From positions 1 through 64,000 of the forward strand of contig MEDY01000015.1 in NCBI GenBank assembly GCA_001724265.1: a DNA stretch of 64,000 nt, in the 5' to 3' direction. The stretch is from Rhizaria sp. SCN 62-66 (taxonomy: Eukaryota). Every line of letters begins with the position of its first letter. The first letter of the stretch is position 1. Shown here piece after piece: positions 24,901 through 33,082 of the stretch. The position numbers were made by a program, and so were the translations under genes. A model generated the notes under the pieces. The model saw only the letters and a program-made list of their open reading frames with translations, was not told the DNA's origin and searched no databases.

Positions 24901-27900
24901 CTGCGGCGAGGGCAGTTGCAGCGGCGCGCGCGCGGAGTGAGGCTCGGCGCGCGCGGCTGCTGCTGCCGCTGTGGCGTGCTGTGCAAAAGGAGCAGCGCGT
25001 GCGCCGTGCCCGGGAGCGCGCTGCGGCGAAGCAGAGTCAAGACGCGTACGATCACGATGGACAGCACAGCCAAGATGATCGCGACGCTAACGATGACCAT
25101 GACTTTGCACATGGCACTAACGATGTCTATGAGGATAATGCTCGGTCTCACGACCACAGCGACTACGAGGACGATGACAGCGGTGACAACGACTATTATG
25201 CACGTGCATGGAGCAGCAACGCTGCGACGCCAACTAAAGCTAAACCGCCTTTGCCGCCACCCATGCCCGTTCCGGTGCCTCTGCCTATGCCTGGACAACT
25301 GCAACATCAGCAGCCTCTGGGTGCGTTACGTCCGACCGTACCGTCGCGTCCACATTCCCGGTCGCATTCGCGCACCAGTTCCGGCTCTGGCACAGGCTCG
25401 CCGCGCACACCGCCTCTCAACGCCACAGCGGTTGCTGCCCGGCGCGCGCCGCCAACGCAGCCGCCGGCGATGCTTGCGCTGTCACACACGTCAAGCGGCA
25501 ATAGCAACAGCAACGGCAGCTCCGGTGGCAGCGGCGTACCTGTGCCTGGACTGGTTCCAGACCTCATGCCGTCTCAGGTCCCTCCATCTTTGCCTGCAAC
25601 TACGCCCACGGCGGCTCTTGCCGTGCTGTCGCCGCTGCGTGTGGCGCGTGTCCCTCTCGGAGCTTTCGTCTCTAACAGCATCACGAGTAACAATGCAACT
25701 GCAGGCAGCGGTGTGCCGATGCATGTGCCGATGTTCCCGTCGTTGGCTGCCCCTATGCCGCTGCCAGTGCCGATGCCGATGTCGCCCCCGGTTTCCGGGA
25801 CGCAGGTGCCGTCTCAGTCGCACCTTCACATTCCGATGCTGTCTCCGTCCCCCATGACAGAGACCGACGAGGTTACGACCACGAACAGCACTGCGAACAA
25901 TGCAGGTGTGTTCAATCTTACCGCGACACCGGCGTTCCACAAGCCGTCACCGACCCGCCTCAATCACCACGCATCGGCTGCTCATGGCCACTTGCCCCCC
26001 TCGGGTCCGGTCACTGTTGCAGGCGGCGTCGGTGCCACGCCCCGACACGCGCATCGTCATAGCTACGGTGGAGGCGGCGGTGGCGGCGCGAGCGCATTGA
26101 CCCCGTCTCCGTTCTTGCATCTCATCGCTCCACCTTACGCAACGGCTGCAAACACAGCCGCTGGCTCTGGTGGCGCTGCTGATTTCGTGCCCGCCTCTGC
26201 GCGCTCACTTGCCTTCGCTTCGGGAGGCGCGACGACGCTGACGCCTCAGCTGCCCGGCACCGTGGCTGACGCAGCTGCTGCGCCTGCTTTGCCGAGTAGT
26301 CTTGCGCGCGCATCGTCGCCCAACGCAGGTGTTGTCACGCCGAACGCGCTCGATACTCCAGTCTGGGACGGCCCGTCGACCCCGCCCCGCGCGCTGCTTT
26401 TGTCGTCTAACTCCGGCGCTGTCACCGCGGTTGGCACGCCGTCGCAGTTGCAGCAGGGTCTTTCGCCGCAGCGGGTGCATGTGTTACCAGCTGCGCACGC
26501 GCGTATTGGTGGCACGGGGTCTGCATTCTCACCAGCGAAGCGCGCACTTGTCCTCGACAACAAGAACGTCGCCAATGGTATCAGACTGCCGGATTATACA
26601 CGCGCCTCTCAGATGCAGTCGCAAGCACAGCAAGCGTATATCGGGGATGGCAACTGCGAGCCAGACAGCGACAACTGTTGTGACGGCAATGAGAGCGCAG
26701 CTGACAGCGACGATTACATCGTTTTCGACACCGCTTCAGCCACATCCACTGCTGCCGTCGCCGCTGTTCCAGCCCTGTTGACTCCGCTGACCGCGTTGCC
26801 CGCGCTCACAGGTCTCGCTCTTGCGCCCACCCGCGCCTCTCTATTTGACGGTGACTATGCTGAGTACACTCAGCAATATGAACTCACCAGCTCCGGTGTG
26901 AGTCGCGGAGCCGTGTCAGGTCTCTTACCCGAGCCCGTTTTCACAGTTATACAGACACGAGTCAGTACTATTACTGACTCTCGCACATCTGCGCCTGCGT
27001 CGGCACCAACGCGGCGCACACCCCATGAGCATCAAGATGCCCAGTGCAGCAGTGCACGGTCAACGCCTGAACACACTACGGCTGCTTGCAACACTGTTTC
27101 GCACACTCGAACCCGCCGTAGCACGACTTCTGCGACCGCTGGCGCAACTCCTGTGGCGACAACAGCGGAGGGCGACGCCGATATCAACGGATATAGCGAC
27201 GCAGAGTCGCTCTCCCCGCCGCTGCGCCCGCGCCCCGGAAGCACGCGCCCCCCAGTGCCCGCCACAAAAGCAGGCGCAACCAGGACCGTGAGCGGCAGCG
27301 GTGGCGCGAGCGCTAGCGGGGCTTGGGGTGATATGACGATGTTACCGCCGCTCTCCCCGCGCGTTGCCACTGCGGCTGCGGCTGCTGCTGCTGCTGCTAC
27401 TGCAGCGTCTACGACTGCCCGCGCACGACCTGAGGTTGAGAGCGACGAGGGACACACCGAGACCGACGCTGACGCTGATGCGGACGCCGATGCGGAGTCG
27501 GAGACTGAGACGGTGGCACTGCCGCTGCCGTCCGCTGCGCCTGCTGCCGTCGCCACGGCGCGCGCCGTTATTGCACAGCTCAGCGACCCCTATGCCCAGG
27601 GTGATCGCGCCCGCAACACTACCAAGCGTACTAGGCGCGCGCGTCATGCTACGGCTTCGACTCAGGATGAACTGCCCTGCGTCCCCGCGTCAGACTTTTT
27701 CGGAACTTCCTCTTTTGTGCTTGCTGCCCTGTCTGAAGTCAACGCTTTCTCACTGCGGGCCCACATTGAGACTGTGTTCGCGACTGCAGGACTTGAGCTC
27801 ACGCCGCCGCCCGCTGCCGCTGTCGCTGCGGCCGCCGCGCTTGCTGGGCTCTCTCGCGAAGCCACTGCAGCGCTGACCGCAGGTGCACGGGCGGCTGAGG

Positions 27901-30900
27901 CCGTTAATGCAGTGCTCGCTGCAACGTCACAAGCAGCGGATAGTGCAAATCACGATAACGACGCACCGGCACGCCGTGTGTTCACGCTCTCACTCGTGCA
28001 AAAGTCTTCGCCGTCTGCGGTTGGCTACCGTGTTCGCACTGCCGTCGACACTGCCGCAGCCCCAGCTGCTGCCGACGCGGCCACTATTACTGTCACGTCA
28101 ACTCCAGTTTCAGAGATGACTGCGCCTGCCACTGCGGAGCAAGACTCTGCACCTTCGGCCACGGTCGCTGTTTCTTTCCCAGCTGCGTCCTTCCATGCCC
28201 CTTGGCCCGCTCAAGTCACGGCTTCAACTCTGGAACTCCCGGGTGCAATGGCAGGTCTCGTGTCTGGACTCCTCTCTACGCCTGCGCCGCCGCTGCTGGT
28301 GCCTGGTATCGACGCCCTGCCATTCTCACTGGCATCCGCGCTGCCAGCGCTGCGCCCCGCGCCCGCCGCAGCCGCCGCGGCCTCTGCCGTGCGCGCCGCC
28401 GCTGTCGCCGTCGCTGCAAGGGCTGACGCTGAAGCTGCGGCGACTGCTGCGGCGCTCTCAGACGCGACTGCTGCTGCTGCTGCTGCGGCCGCGACTGCTG
28501 CAGCTGCGGCGTCGACGGGCGGGGGCAGCAACAGCGCAGGCCCGCGCCGCGCCCGCACAATTACCCCATCGATTGTTGCACAAGCCGTGCTGTTCCCAAC
28601 ATCAGCACGTTCAGACGCGCTGTCGACCGGCCCCACAGCTGTTTCTGCGGTTGCCGCAGCAGGCAGTCTCGCGCGCGGTGCCGCACTCGCGGCCTCAGCT
28701 GCTGCGTCTGCTGCCACCGCTGTGGCCGCCGCAGCCGCTGCAACGGGCCCGTTGTCTATCGTCTACGCACGCGCTCCGTTCCTGTCAACGTTCACGCGCA
28801 CACTGTCGTTGCCGCCGCCACACTTGACGCCGCCCGCCGCAGCGCCTGTGCAGTCGTCACCGAACCCCGACGCATCAGCGCAGTTGCTGCTGTTGCAGGG
28901 CGGCTGGGCGCGCGCACCGCCGACTGCGCCCGCGCCGCTGCCGTTGCTGGCGCCTCTGCGGCTGTCAGACGCTGTGCCCGTGCAGTTGCTGATATCACTC
29001 CCCCCAGCCGCGCTCCCGCTGCTCACGGTCACTGTGGGCGAGAGCACGAAGAGGCAGAGCCGCGCCGCAGTGGCGGTGCCGTCGCTCTCATCTCTCTTGG
29101 CGCGCGAGGACTCTCCGCTCGGACTGCTCCACTTCGCGCTTCCCACACTCTTGCCAACAGTCGCGACCGCACTGCGCACGGTGCCGCGGCCGCTGCTCCC
29201 GCGCCTGAGCCTCCCTGGCCGGCGCGGCGCGTACGCAGCGTCTTCGCCGCAGCAGCAGTCTGCTCTGCGCCAGGCCTTGCTTGCACAGCGCCCCGAGACC
29301 GGCGCCGTCGTTGCGGGCGCAGTTGCTCGCGCAACCGCCGCCGCGGCCGCCGCAGTTGCCGCGGGACTCTCTCCCTCTGTGTTTGCGCGCGCGGGACCGC
29401 AGGTGGAGGACGCTGCTGCGGCTGCGGCGCGCGCGTATGCGGGTCGCTTTGTGGCTCTGCTGCGGCGTGTGAGCGGACTGCTTGCTGCGGTTGGCTCAGT
29501 GCAGCCGCCTGCCGCTGCGGCCGCGGCGACGGCGTTTGTAGCGGCGAGTCACAATGCGTCTGCTACTGCTGCTGCGGTTGCTGCGGCTGCTGCTGCCGCT
29601 GTGGCCAACGACAACGGGAGCCATGTTGTACTTTCAAGTTGCTGTCCGATGTGCGAGCAGCAAAACCAAGCGGTGACGACTGCAAACGAAGCCGATACGG
29701 AGTCTCATCGGTGCCTTTTGTGTCGTCTGTCATATCTTGCATCGTTCTCGCCGTCGCCGACCAACAACTCCAGCGGTAGTAACTCCACTGTCGCGCCTTC
29801 AGCGCCCGTTTCTTTCCCTTTCGCAGCGCATCCTGACTGCGAGACCGCGCTGCTGCTGCCTCTGCGCGTGTTTATTTCCTCGGCGTCCTCATCCCTCGCT
29901 GCTGCAGCCTCCGCCGCAGCCGCCGCAAGCCTGTGTGGCGCCGCGGCCGACGCAGCACGCGCGCATGCTGCGGCTGCTGTAGCTGCGCTGTGGCCTGTTC
30001 ACATCCCCGGAACAAACGGGACTTCCTCGCAACAAGCCGCCGCTGCGGGCGTTGCCGCCGCGGATCTGTCGCTGCCACCCGCTGTTGCCGCAGCCGCTGC
30101 AGTTGCTGCGATGCCCCTTGCTGTTTCTGCGTTGGGCTCGCCTGCGTATGTTGCGCGGCCCCGTCCATACTCTTGTACATCCAGCCACATGTCAAGCTCA
30201 CGGCTTTCGACGATTGCAGCAGCGGGAGTCAAAGTGGCGGCGGCGGAGACTGCGGGTGACGCCGTTGTGGAGCTTGTCACCGAGATTGCCACGTTTCATA
30301 CCTATCATGGCGTATTGCGGCTGCTTCTCGGCCAACTGCCCGCGGGACTTGCAACTGCACACAGCAACACTGCACAGAGTCAGCGGCGGGCCCTGCCAAC
30401 CGGGTCTCAGCAGCTGTCACAGTCCGCGCCTTTGACGTCGAGAAGCCGCAACGGCGCTCTTTCGTCAGCTGCCATCTCAACAGATCGTGCATTCGCGGAC
30501 CCATCCAGTGCCGGCGCCTATGTGAATGCCTCGCGCTCAGGGTTTGCCACCAATGCACCTGTCGCTGCGGCGGCGACCGCGGCTGCCGCGAGTGCAAGCG
30601 CGAGCGCGAGCGTGTTAACGCAACGCGTGCGGGGTCTGTTCGCGGCGCTTGTGCGTAAGCCCTACGTTGGCGTGATGGGTGTGGTTGACTCGGCGATTTT
30701 GAGGGCACGTGCGCTGCGGGAGCAAGGGCACGGGTTGATCGTTGCAGCAGCTGCGGACGCAGTCGATGCGGCAGGTGTCCGTGCTACGACTACCCTCGTC
30801 GCAACTGGCGCTGACCGCGTCTCAAAGACTCCACACGCTTTTGCTATGTCTGTGGGTTATGTTCCTGTCACTGCTGGCAGCGTTGCGCGCAGTTCTTTTG

Positions 30901-32666
30901 CGGTCGAGATCATCGCGGGCGCTATTGCTCTGTACTCGTTCATGTCTGCACAGGCACCGTTCGCTCTTGCGCTCCCGGTGCCGCTGTCGACCGCAATGGC
31001 CAATGCTCTTCCTTCCACGGTTACACAGTCTCTCGGCCTGCTGAAGGCAGGCAGCGGTCCCATTAACGCTGAGAGCAGAGACCCTATCCCGGCCTACTTG
31101 CCTGCGACGGATACATCGGGCGCCAGTGCGAGTGCCATAGGGACGGTCGTGGTGAGTGTTGACGCGCGAGCACAGCTGTTTCCTCTGCTGAAGACACTAT
31201 GCACTGCACGTAACAATGACGCTGACGCTGATGCTGCTGCTGATGCTGCTGTTGATGTTGCTGGAGAGATGGATAAGTGGTTACATCGCGCTTCTGCGGT
31301 GGTGCGCGCCTCTATGTCCCCGTATTGCCACATGCCATCGCAACACGACGCTCCAGAGTCAAAAACGTCAAGCGCTGTTGCGAACGCAGGGACAACCGTG
31401 GCGCGCCTGGCGACCGCGCTCTCACCGACCGCATTCCCCGCGTTGCCCACAGTTACCGTACCGTGCGCCGACTGGGGACCTGCGCCGCTGGCGCTGTACT
31501 CTCTCCTGGCCACTCGCGGCGCTGTGATCCCGCTAAGTACCCCCTTAGATGGCGCGCGTGTACGAGGGGCGGCGAAGGCGTTGGCTGCGGTCACGCTTGG
31601 CGGCGTGTCTGTGTCTGCTCTTGCTGCCGCAGTGGCTGCGCAAGTATGCACTGATTATAGCAACAATCGTCCCCACGGGACCTCTGCTGCTTACGGTCAG
31701 TCGCGTGTGGGGGCTGCGTTGGCGCAAACGCTTGTGCTTGGTCTTGCAACTTCAGCCGCTGACGCTGCAACACGTGCTTTGCGCGAGGCACCGCGACATG
31801 TGACTGTTAATGTGCTGCATCGCCTGCTCATTATCAGTGACGCTTCGCTCGCCGCCGCTGTCGACCCACCCGCCTCGTTGGCTGCCAGCGAGAGTGAGCC
31901 TCCTGTTGTCAAGGACGTCGTTGGACTATTTGGTCTTGTCATCGCATTGCTCAGCGTCACTGAACCCACTTCGCCACAACCGAGGGCGTTGCTGTCACCA
32001 GCTGACCGGCGTTCACTGCTGGGTCGCCTCTGTGCGCCTCTGATGGCAACAAACGCTGGACCCAGCGTTGAGGTGCGTGACGCTCTTGCGACACGTCTCG
32101 CAGCACCTACTGCAGATGCTAACGCGGACGCGAGTTACCACGTAACCCAGAGCACCAGTCTGGCAAGTGCAGTGCAATGCTATGCGGCTCCCGGTTTCGT
32201 GGCGGAACGCGCTGGCACAGTGAACCCCTTCGCTTTGCTTGGTCTGAAACGCACAGTCCAGACTGCGCCCGCAGTGTTACACACGGTCACAACCGCGCCC
32301 CCCACAGTCAAGCTTGCACCCACAGCATCTGCACTTGCGCGGGGCCTTGCAGCCACTGTGCGTCGTCTGTTTAATAACAGTAACGACGGCGTTAATGTCT
32401 CAGCTTCAACAAAGGAAGCTGCAGTGAATGTCGCAGCTGCGGCTGTTGGCGCGGCTGCTGCTATTCTCACTGCACGCATCGCAGACACTGTGTCTGCAGA
32501 CAATCTGTCTGCGTGCACTTCAGGCGAGGAGGAGACGTTTCTCTGGCGCACACTGCGGTCTACCGCCACAACTGCGAATGTGAGCTCGACTGCAGCCGGT
32601 GGGGATCGTGGCTCGTGGTCCGTCGTTGTTGCTGACGCGTTCTCGCTCCTGATGGGCCACGCTTAG
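15984..32666 (+). CDS. CDAN1: Giant Codanin-1-like protein (~5560 aa, apparently intronless)
   Basis: 16.7-kb open frame from ATG 15984. Colinear blocks resemble Codanin-1 as I recall it: VGLVCSWL, KRKLITPTSV, LGRIFAALL, FTNGWDAHLFALTV, NLSWFAFAVGELL, GREFFFKLLLTVGDSYRFTTALSSSLAARV, FTAKMLGFL, LLPTLPWLGPLL, RARTITP, QSALRQALLAQRP. Ends TAG-TAA. Confidence 0.72.
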   Translation: MDVLRHLLSASDAEVGLVCSWLDANARLPATHTIPLRLALPTPPATGPTATEPTACAPETTFGALVAALTTVVQDQSYPFALPLPPVPLPPATAAAVAAAAAAAATATVSALPAGISSTASSRRPSTDSTAGVYGAYASDTASVSASAHPASVTDVASSSFSAAVVAGPAPAPAGVPVTPTEVAVSSSASPFVTASQATTTTTAAALPRTAPTSSTPFTLPSALSVQSRPFPAPTATPAAAAAAAAVASQSRLQPQPRSFAAVAAGLGSGSTTSATAASVVAAATSKSPAVALTTAATAAAAAVRSKRKLITPTSVTAPVPAATVPLPSSAELEASAMTATAATAAATTTTVVPATGVEKGGSAVSWAAVMSRGLPSNNGANISNGKPINPITNVATNNYNAKNSVSAAKSNTVSAGPTKSVPTAFAAVTVPVPASASASAFTFAPVSASAVSGAANTSSVNTTTAKPRKKELIKPQHVEAKPPLGDGANNFSSSTQNSNSATGADNGSGGQLSQSQSQTPAQPQLSAAARARALCVLGRIFAALLSAPALPSVAAAPQLLAWLLSVAPTHVISLSPTASLAPQTVAAPSATGAESASFPWLFTNGWDAHLFALTVAAAATPDVSGNNCAGSSSATTSTTGTGAGAGLLGLPRASLALLLPLIGTAHSHPASQTTPFTASTVPAGTDESQCKCTSESDCTCTRVGVDTASPVEAAARRLSAQLSLLLSAWLTVGSEYEAFAYDPTGSAAAAATVAASAAALTSASAKAAAAHADAYTSRSTAATHSPITIVTKHEVSATQTDSTAAAATAAALTSLARTNTKIATLGPSSPVPAPAVAPAYSLGLGLGIGLGFGFGQTGVVRGRSGVKPGLHNTSSTSKRGGSRALPGMFAGAAGAGASARARARVRTRAKGRGKGRSSGAAAVAGSGSETGGDAHTDIFDNGNDTEHSIGTGDENAVDEHTLFAFNDSGNEYEYDFPGARDDDRTDQDSDNGRAHDDDDDDINRRRWFRRRNGAHGDWDRSVCSDGGRAADPTRDAGDDTGTDGDGDDDNDGARSPALTPAQTPTQTPTRGTRTRARTAGVKSSSKPGKSPSMCADKGPAAATVFATSPVSSIRRPVDSSSFSPIASVQHQQQQQRQGTPHSPPLTGRTRTRSRGNAAATAIAGAAVNASSAASSRGSGRSGKARSYSHSRTRFSGRTLTPLRRGAPSRSTAAARGGGSESDSDAEGDDGTVCGGVPLGTAVYTHGTALCAAFPLPVATSQSRGASGSYGATPMEPSGADSSVDCIINAAESASGVGAETKGWTAVATAVPVPAVPSATAAQSSSFLLALPSAAATGGAATPQTGFYFKSSSGAVISLSSTVTATATSLQPHAKSHAMSQSQSNMTATKALSTAALSAAASDAVITALSVRARTRALVARACAPAPAPAAAPASAAGLALEGPGAAALLRRRLWDGLALANAAATPAGGPGGAGAGAGAGGAGGGGGGAACGAAFVYVSKALASPPASASSAVATCNTMSEAAADASFNAAMAAVLSPVVGTPSASAAGSAGAALLSQPSPSPAPSSHAPSVAPGAGSNAAHARSGPGPVPSGSASSAGGGGGGGGGGAQAPGTNQELALEWLLAVSDAAEAAGRERLDFAAERTPVDSDDDDEDEDYNDSDDDDGHYDDNTDANAPYSNTALVPSGAGRVAFRPSQQSLPHPSLAPVPSLPAASLSSLSRQMRRPPASSAMSSSSSSSSASAFAPAQSSTPSLAATIAAAATAAAAASVAAVSLPGPSRPRHSPNRRRSGRAAARAFRALLSAHARLLFSTSARPSTRASATAAAAAAAAVAMTVVVSGDAGAGDREETLVVAFPHPLPRAVTRFLRHCQPQQQQQQYQQQAAQYNHQSAWYNSQLARPPYQQFQPQSKPKAHAQWSVPPSLRALIQLPPVTLHPANLSWFAFAVGELLTLPPSSSTAQATAADMLSPTGSSSGVGMSGRPMSLAALSLSLSRALADVELGGAADAAESVAVTGAADNVDEASGCDSSDGSDFDVPALMGLPNQGMPQHALTRPLSLPQAPMLAPALVPAASLPSSHGAGVTPRDPFAVPASPVPAAATAGATVGNGGKRAPRVITPTPAPGACTTALTTATATASGSGATGLARPALSPAASAFVPALAAAPVQATPLPPPPAALVAITPRATAAAAAAAVPKKSLPALARVVWGGYSAVPAALALYKNTSAVNKCANTDKRVRATARATGAAARRADRRRVRRLLSGREFFFKLLLTVGDSYRFTTALSSSLAARVLTLTGPLPADTAVAAATASVSQQSQMHGQQQGQGHGTTSLTPVLLRGYTPISHTAQTPSPVANRGHNATANPGNAAGAGGVAGGQPRTPLLPRSSSHTHHGHLHSHVRGQASPVPSFISGSGAGAGGAGTEGYFGSLSSVPLMVGSSSPLPQPLSAASAPSPVPAPTGRASSRGGAGATAAVVLPVPMLLPSMSSAQPHLAQQQQQQQGLSRSPSLVQPQSPSHTPTLAPGAHTEHPRAKAQSQAQAQAHSHALVSWQSQRGQQHLDESTLYWPPTQSAPALPPPVALVLALLARGHVGFGALSRGFAQLHLIPPPAMTASGGQVAVSNGDDARVTVRTRVLSRPPLPLPPAALLPLRLSELLTGDPSATSSAAGVGNGRVDVAVEATSFTAKMLGFLTDAHRSHSAHDHAHHQPQQQQQQQRQGDVGFLSLAAAAAAAAIASAPTTMSVPWHVLSAADSVAAPTVAVSGSVPAAALARAVALTRAHALATPTDGRSAHGHSMRDLMQHDAAAESAAASSVAALTLASPGGFARSQSLSAQGLVPPALQYSQSVTGGADDSLPYTATSAAASAGSLLMPSSASFAAPSTAAGAHGHFLPHSHAHLPGALPAAALLAFLARALAADSLLPTLPWLGPLLAPAARAAAANATQTGAVAGQTAAALAALALLAALYYAPAAADTVTAARAVAAARARSEARRARLLLPLWRAVQKEQRVRRARERAAAKQSQDAYDHDGQHSQDDRDANDDHDFAHGTNDVYEDNARSHDHSDYEDDDSGDNDYYARAWSSNAATPTKAKPPLPPPMPVPVPLPMPGQLQHQQPLGALRPTVPSRPHSRSHSRTSSGSGTGSPRTPPLNATAVAARRAPPTQPPAMLALSHTSSGNSNSNGSSGGSGVPVPGLVPDLMPSQVPPSLPATTPTAALAVLSPLRVARVPLGAFVSNSITSNNATAGSGVPMHVPMFPSLAAPMPLPVPMPMSPPVSGTQVPSQSHLHIPMLSPSPMTETDEVTTTNSTANNAGVFNLTATPAFHKPSPTRLNHHASAAHGHLPPSGPVTVAGGVGATPRHAHRHSYGGGGGGGASALTPSPFLHLIAPPYATAANTAAGSGGAADFVPASARSLAFASGGATTLTPQLPGTVADAAAAPALPSSLARASSPNAGVVTPNALDTPVWDGPSTPPRALLLSSNSGAVTAVGTPSQLQQGLSPQRVHVLPAAHARIGGTGSAFSPAKRALVLDNKNVANGIRLPDYTRASQMQSQAQQAYIGDGNCEPDSDNCCDGNESAADSDDYIVFDTASATSTAAVAAVPALLTPLTALPALTGLALAPTRASLFDGDYAEYTQQYELTSSGVSRGAVSGLLPEPVFTVIQTRVSTITDSRTSAPASAPTRRTPHEHQDAQCSSARSTPEHTTAACNTVSHTRTRRSTTSATAGATPVATTAEGDADINGYSDAESLSPPLRPRPGSTRPPVPATKAGATRTVSGSGGASASGAWGDMTMLPPLSPRVATAAAAAAAAATAASTTARARPEVESDEGHTETDADADADADAESETETVALPLPSAAPAAVATARAVIAQLSDPYAQGDRARNTTKRTRRARHATASTQDELPCVPASDFFGTSSFVLAALSEVNAFSLRAHIETVFATAGLELTPPPAAAVAAAAALAGLSREATAALTAGARAAEAVNAVLAATSQAADSANHDNDAPARRVFTLSLVQKSSPSAVGYRVRTAVDTAAAPAAADAATITVTSTPVSEMTAPATAEQDSAPSATVAVSFPAASFHAPWPAQVTASTLELPGAMAGLVSGLLSTPAPPLLVPGIDALPFSLASALPALRPAPAAAAAASAVRAAAVAVAARADAEAAATAAALSDATAAAAAAAATAAAAASTGGGSNSAGPRRARTITPSIVAQAVLFPTSARSDALSTGPTAVSAVAAAGSLARGAALAASAAASAATAVAAAAAATGPLSIVYARAPFLSTFTRTLSLPPPHLTPPAAAPVQSSPNPDASAQLLLLQGGWARAPPTAPAPLPLLAPLRLSDAVPVQLLISLPPAALPLLTVTVGESTKRQSRAAVAVPSLSSLLAREDSPLGLLHFALPTLLPTVATALRTVPRPLLPRLSLPGRRGAYAASSPQQQSALRQALLAQRPETGAVVAGAVARATAAAAAAVAAGLSPSVFARAGPQVEDAAAAAARAYAGRFVALLRRVSGLLAAVGSVQPPAAAAAATAFVAASHNASATAAAVAAAAAAAVANDNGSHVVLSSCCPMCEQQNQAVTTANEADTESHRCLLCRLSYLASFSPSPTNNSSGSNSTVAPSAPVSFPFAAHPDCETALLLPLRVFISSASSSLAAAASAAAAASLCGAAADAARAHAAAAVAALWPVHIPGTNGTSSQQAAAAGVAAADLSLPPAVAAAAAVAAMPLAVSALGSPAYVARPRPYSCTSSHMSSSRLSTIAAAGVKVAAAETAGDAVVELVTEIATFHTYHGVLRLLLGQLPAGLATAHSNTAQSQRRALPTGSQQLSQSAPLTSRSRNGALSSAAISTDRAFADPSSAGAYVNASRSGFATNAPVAAAATAAAASASASASVLTQRVRGLFAALVRKPYVGVMGVVDSAILRARALREQGHGLIVAAAADAVDAAGVRATTTLVATGADRVSKTPHAFAMSVGYVPVTAGSVARSSFAVEIIAGAIALYSFMSAQAPFALALPVPLSTAMANALPSTVTQSLGLLKAGSGPINAESRDPIPAYLPATDTSGASASAIGTVVVSVDARAQLFPLLKTLCTARNNDADADAAADAAVDVAGEMDKWLHRASAVVRASMSPYCHMPSQHDAPESKTSSAVANAGTTVARLATALSPTAFPALPTVTVPCADWGPAPLALYSLLATRGAVIPLSTPLDGARVRGAAKALAAVTLGGVSVSALAAAVAAQVCTDYSNNRPHGTSAAYGQSRVGAALAQTLVLGLATSAADAATRALREAPRHVTVNVLHRLLIISDASLAAAVDPPASLAASESEPPVVKDVVGLFGLVIALLSVTEPTSPQPRALLSPADRRSLLGRLCAPLMATNAGPSVEVRDALATRLAAPTADANADASYHVTQSTSLASAVQCYAAPGFVAERAGTVNPFALLGLKRTVQTAPAVLHTVTTAPPTVKLAPTASALARGLAATVRRLFNNSNDGVNVSASTKEAAVNVAAAAVGAAAAILTARIADTVSADNLSACTSGEEETFLWRTLRSTATTANVSSTAAGGDRGSWSVVVADAFSLLMGHA

Positions 32667-33082
32667 TAATTATGTTTTTAAACATTTTTCTCGTCGCTTT
32701 CATGCACAGATACTCACTCTTTATCACAGTTACATATGAAACAGTTCATATTTAGTCAACTCAATGCAGTTTTAGTTACAAAAGTGTAATACACATTGAA
32801 TAGTTTCAATTCGTTCGACGTCCATTATTTGATCCATCATTGCTATGTATAAATATGGTTTATCTGTATTGATAGTTAGAATAACACTTGGTCTTTACGC
32901 TCTACTACCGACACGAGGCTGGCCCTTGACTCACCAATACCACTCACTCATCCTAGCACTTACAATCCGAATGAAAGCAAGCAGTTCTTAATATACCGCG
33001 TTACTGCGCCAGCGTAGTTGCAGATCGCAATGACACATCAGTAATAGTATTCGTGGGAACGTCGTCAGTCGAGTCAGCTCAT

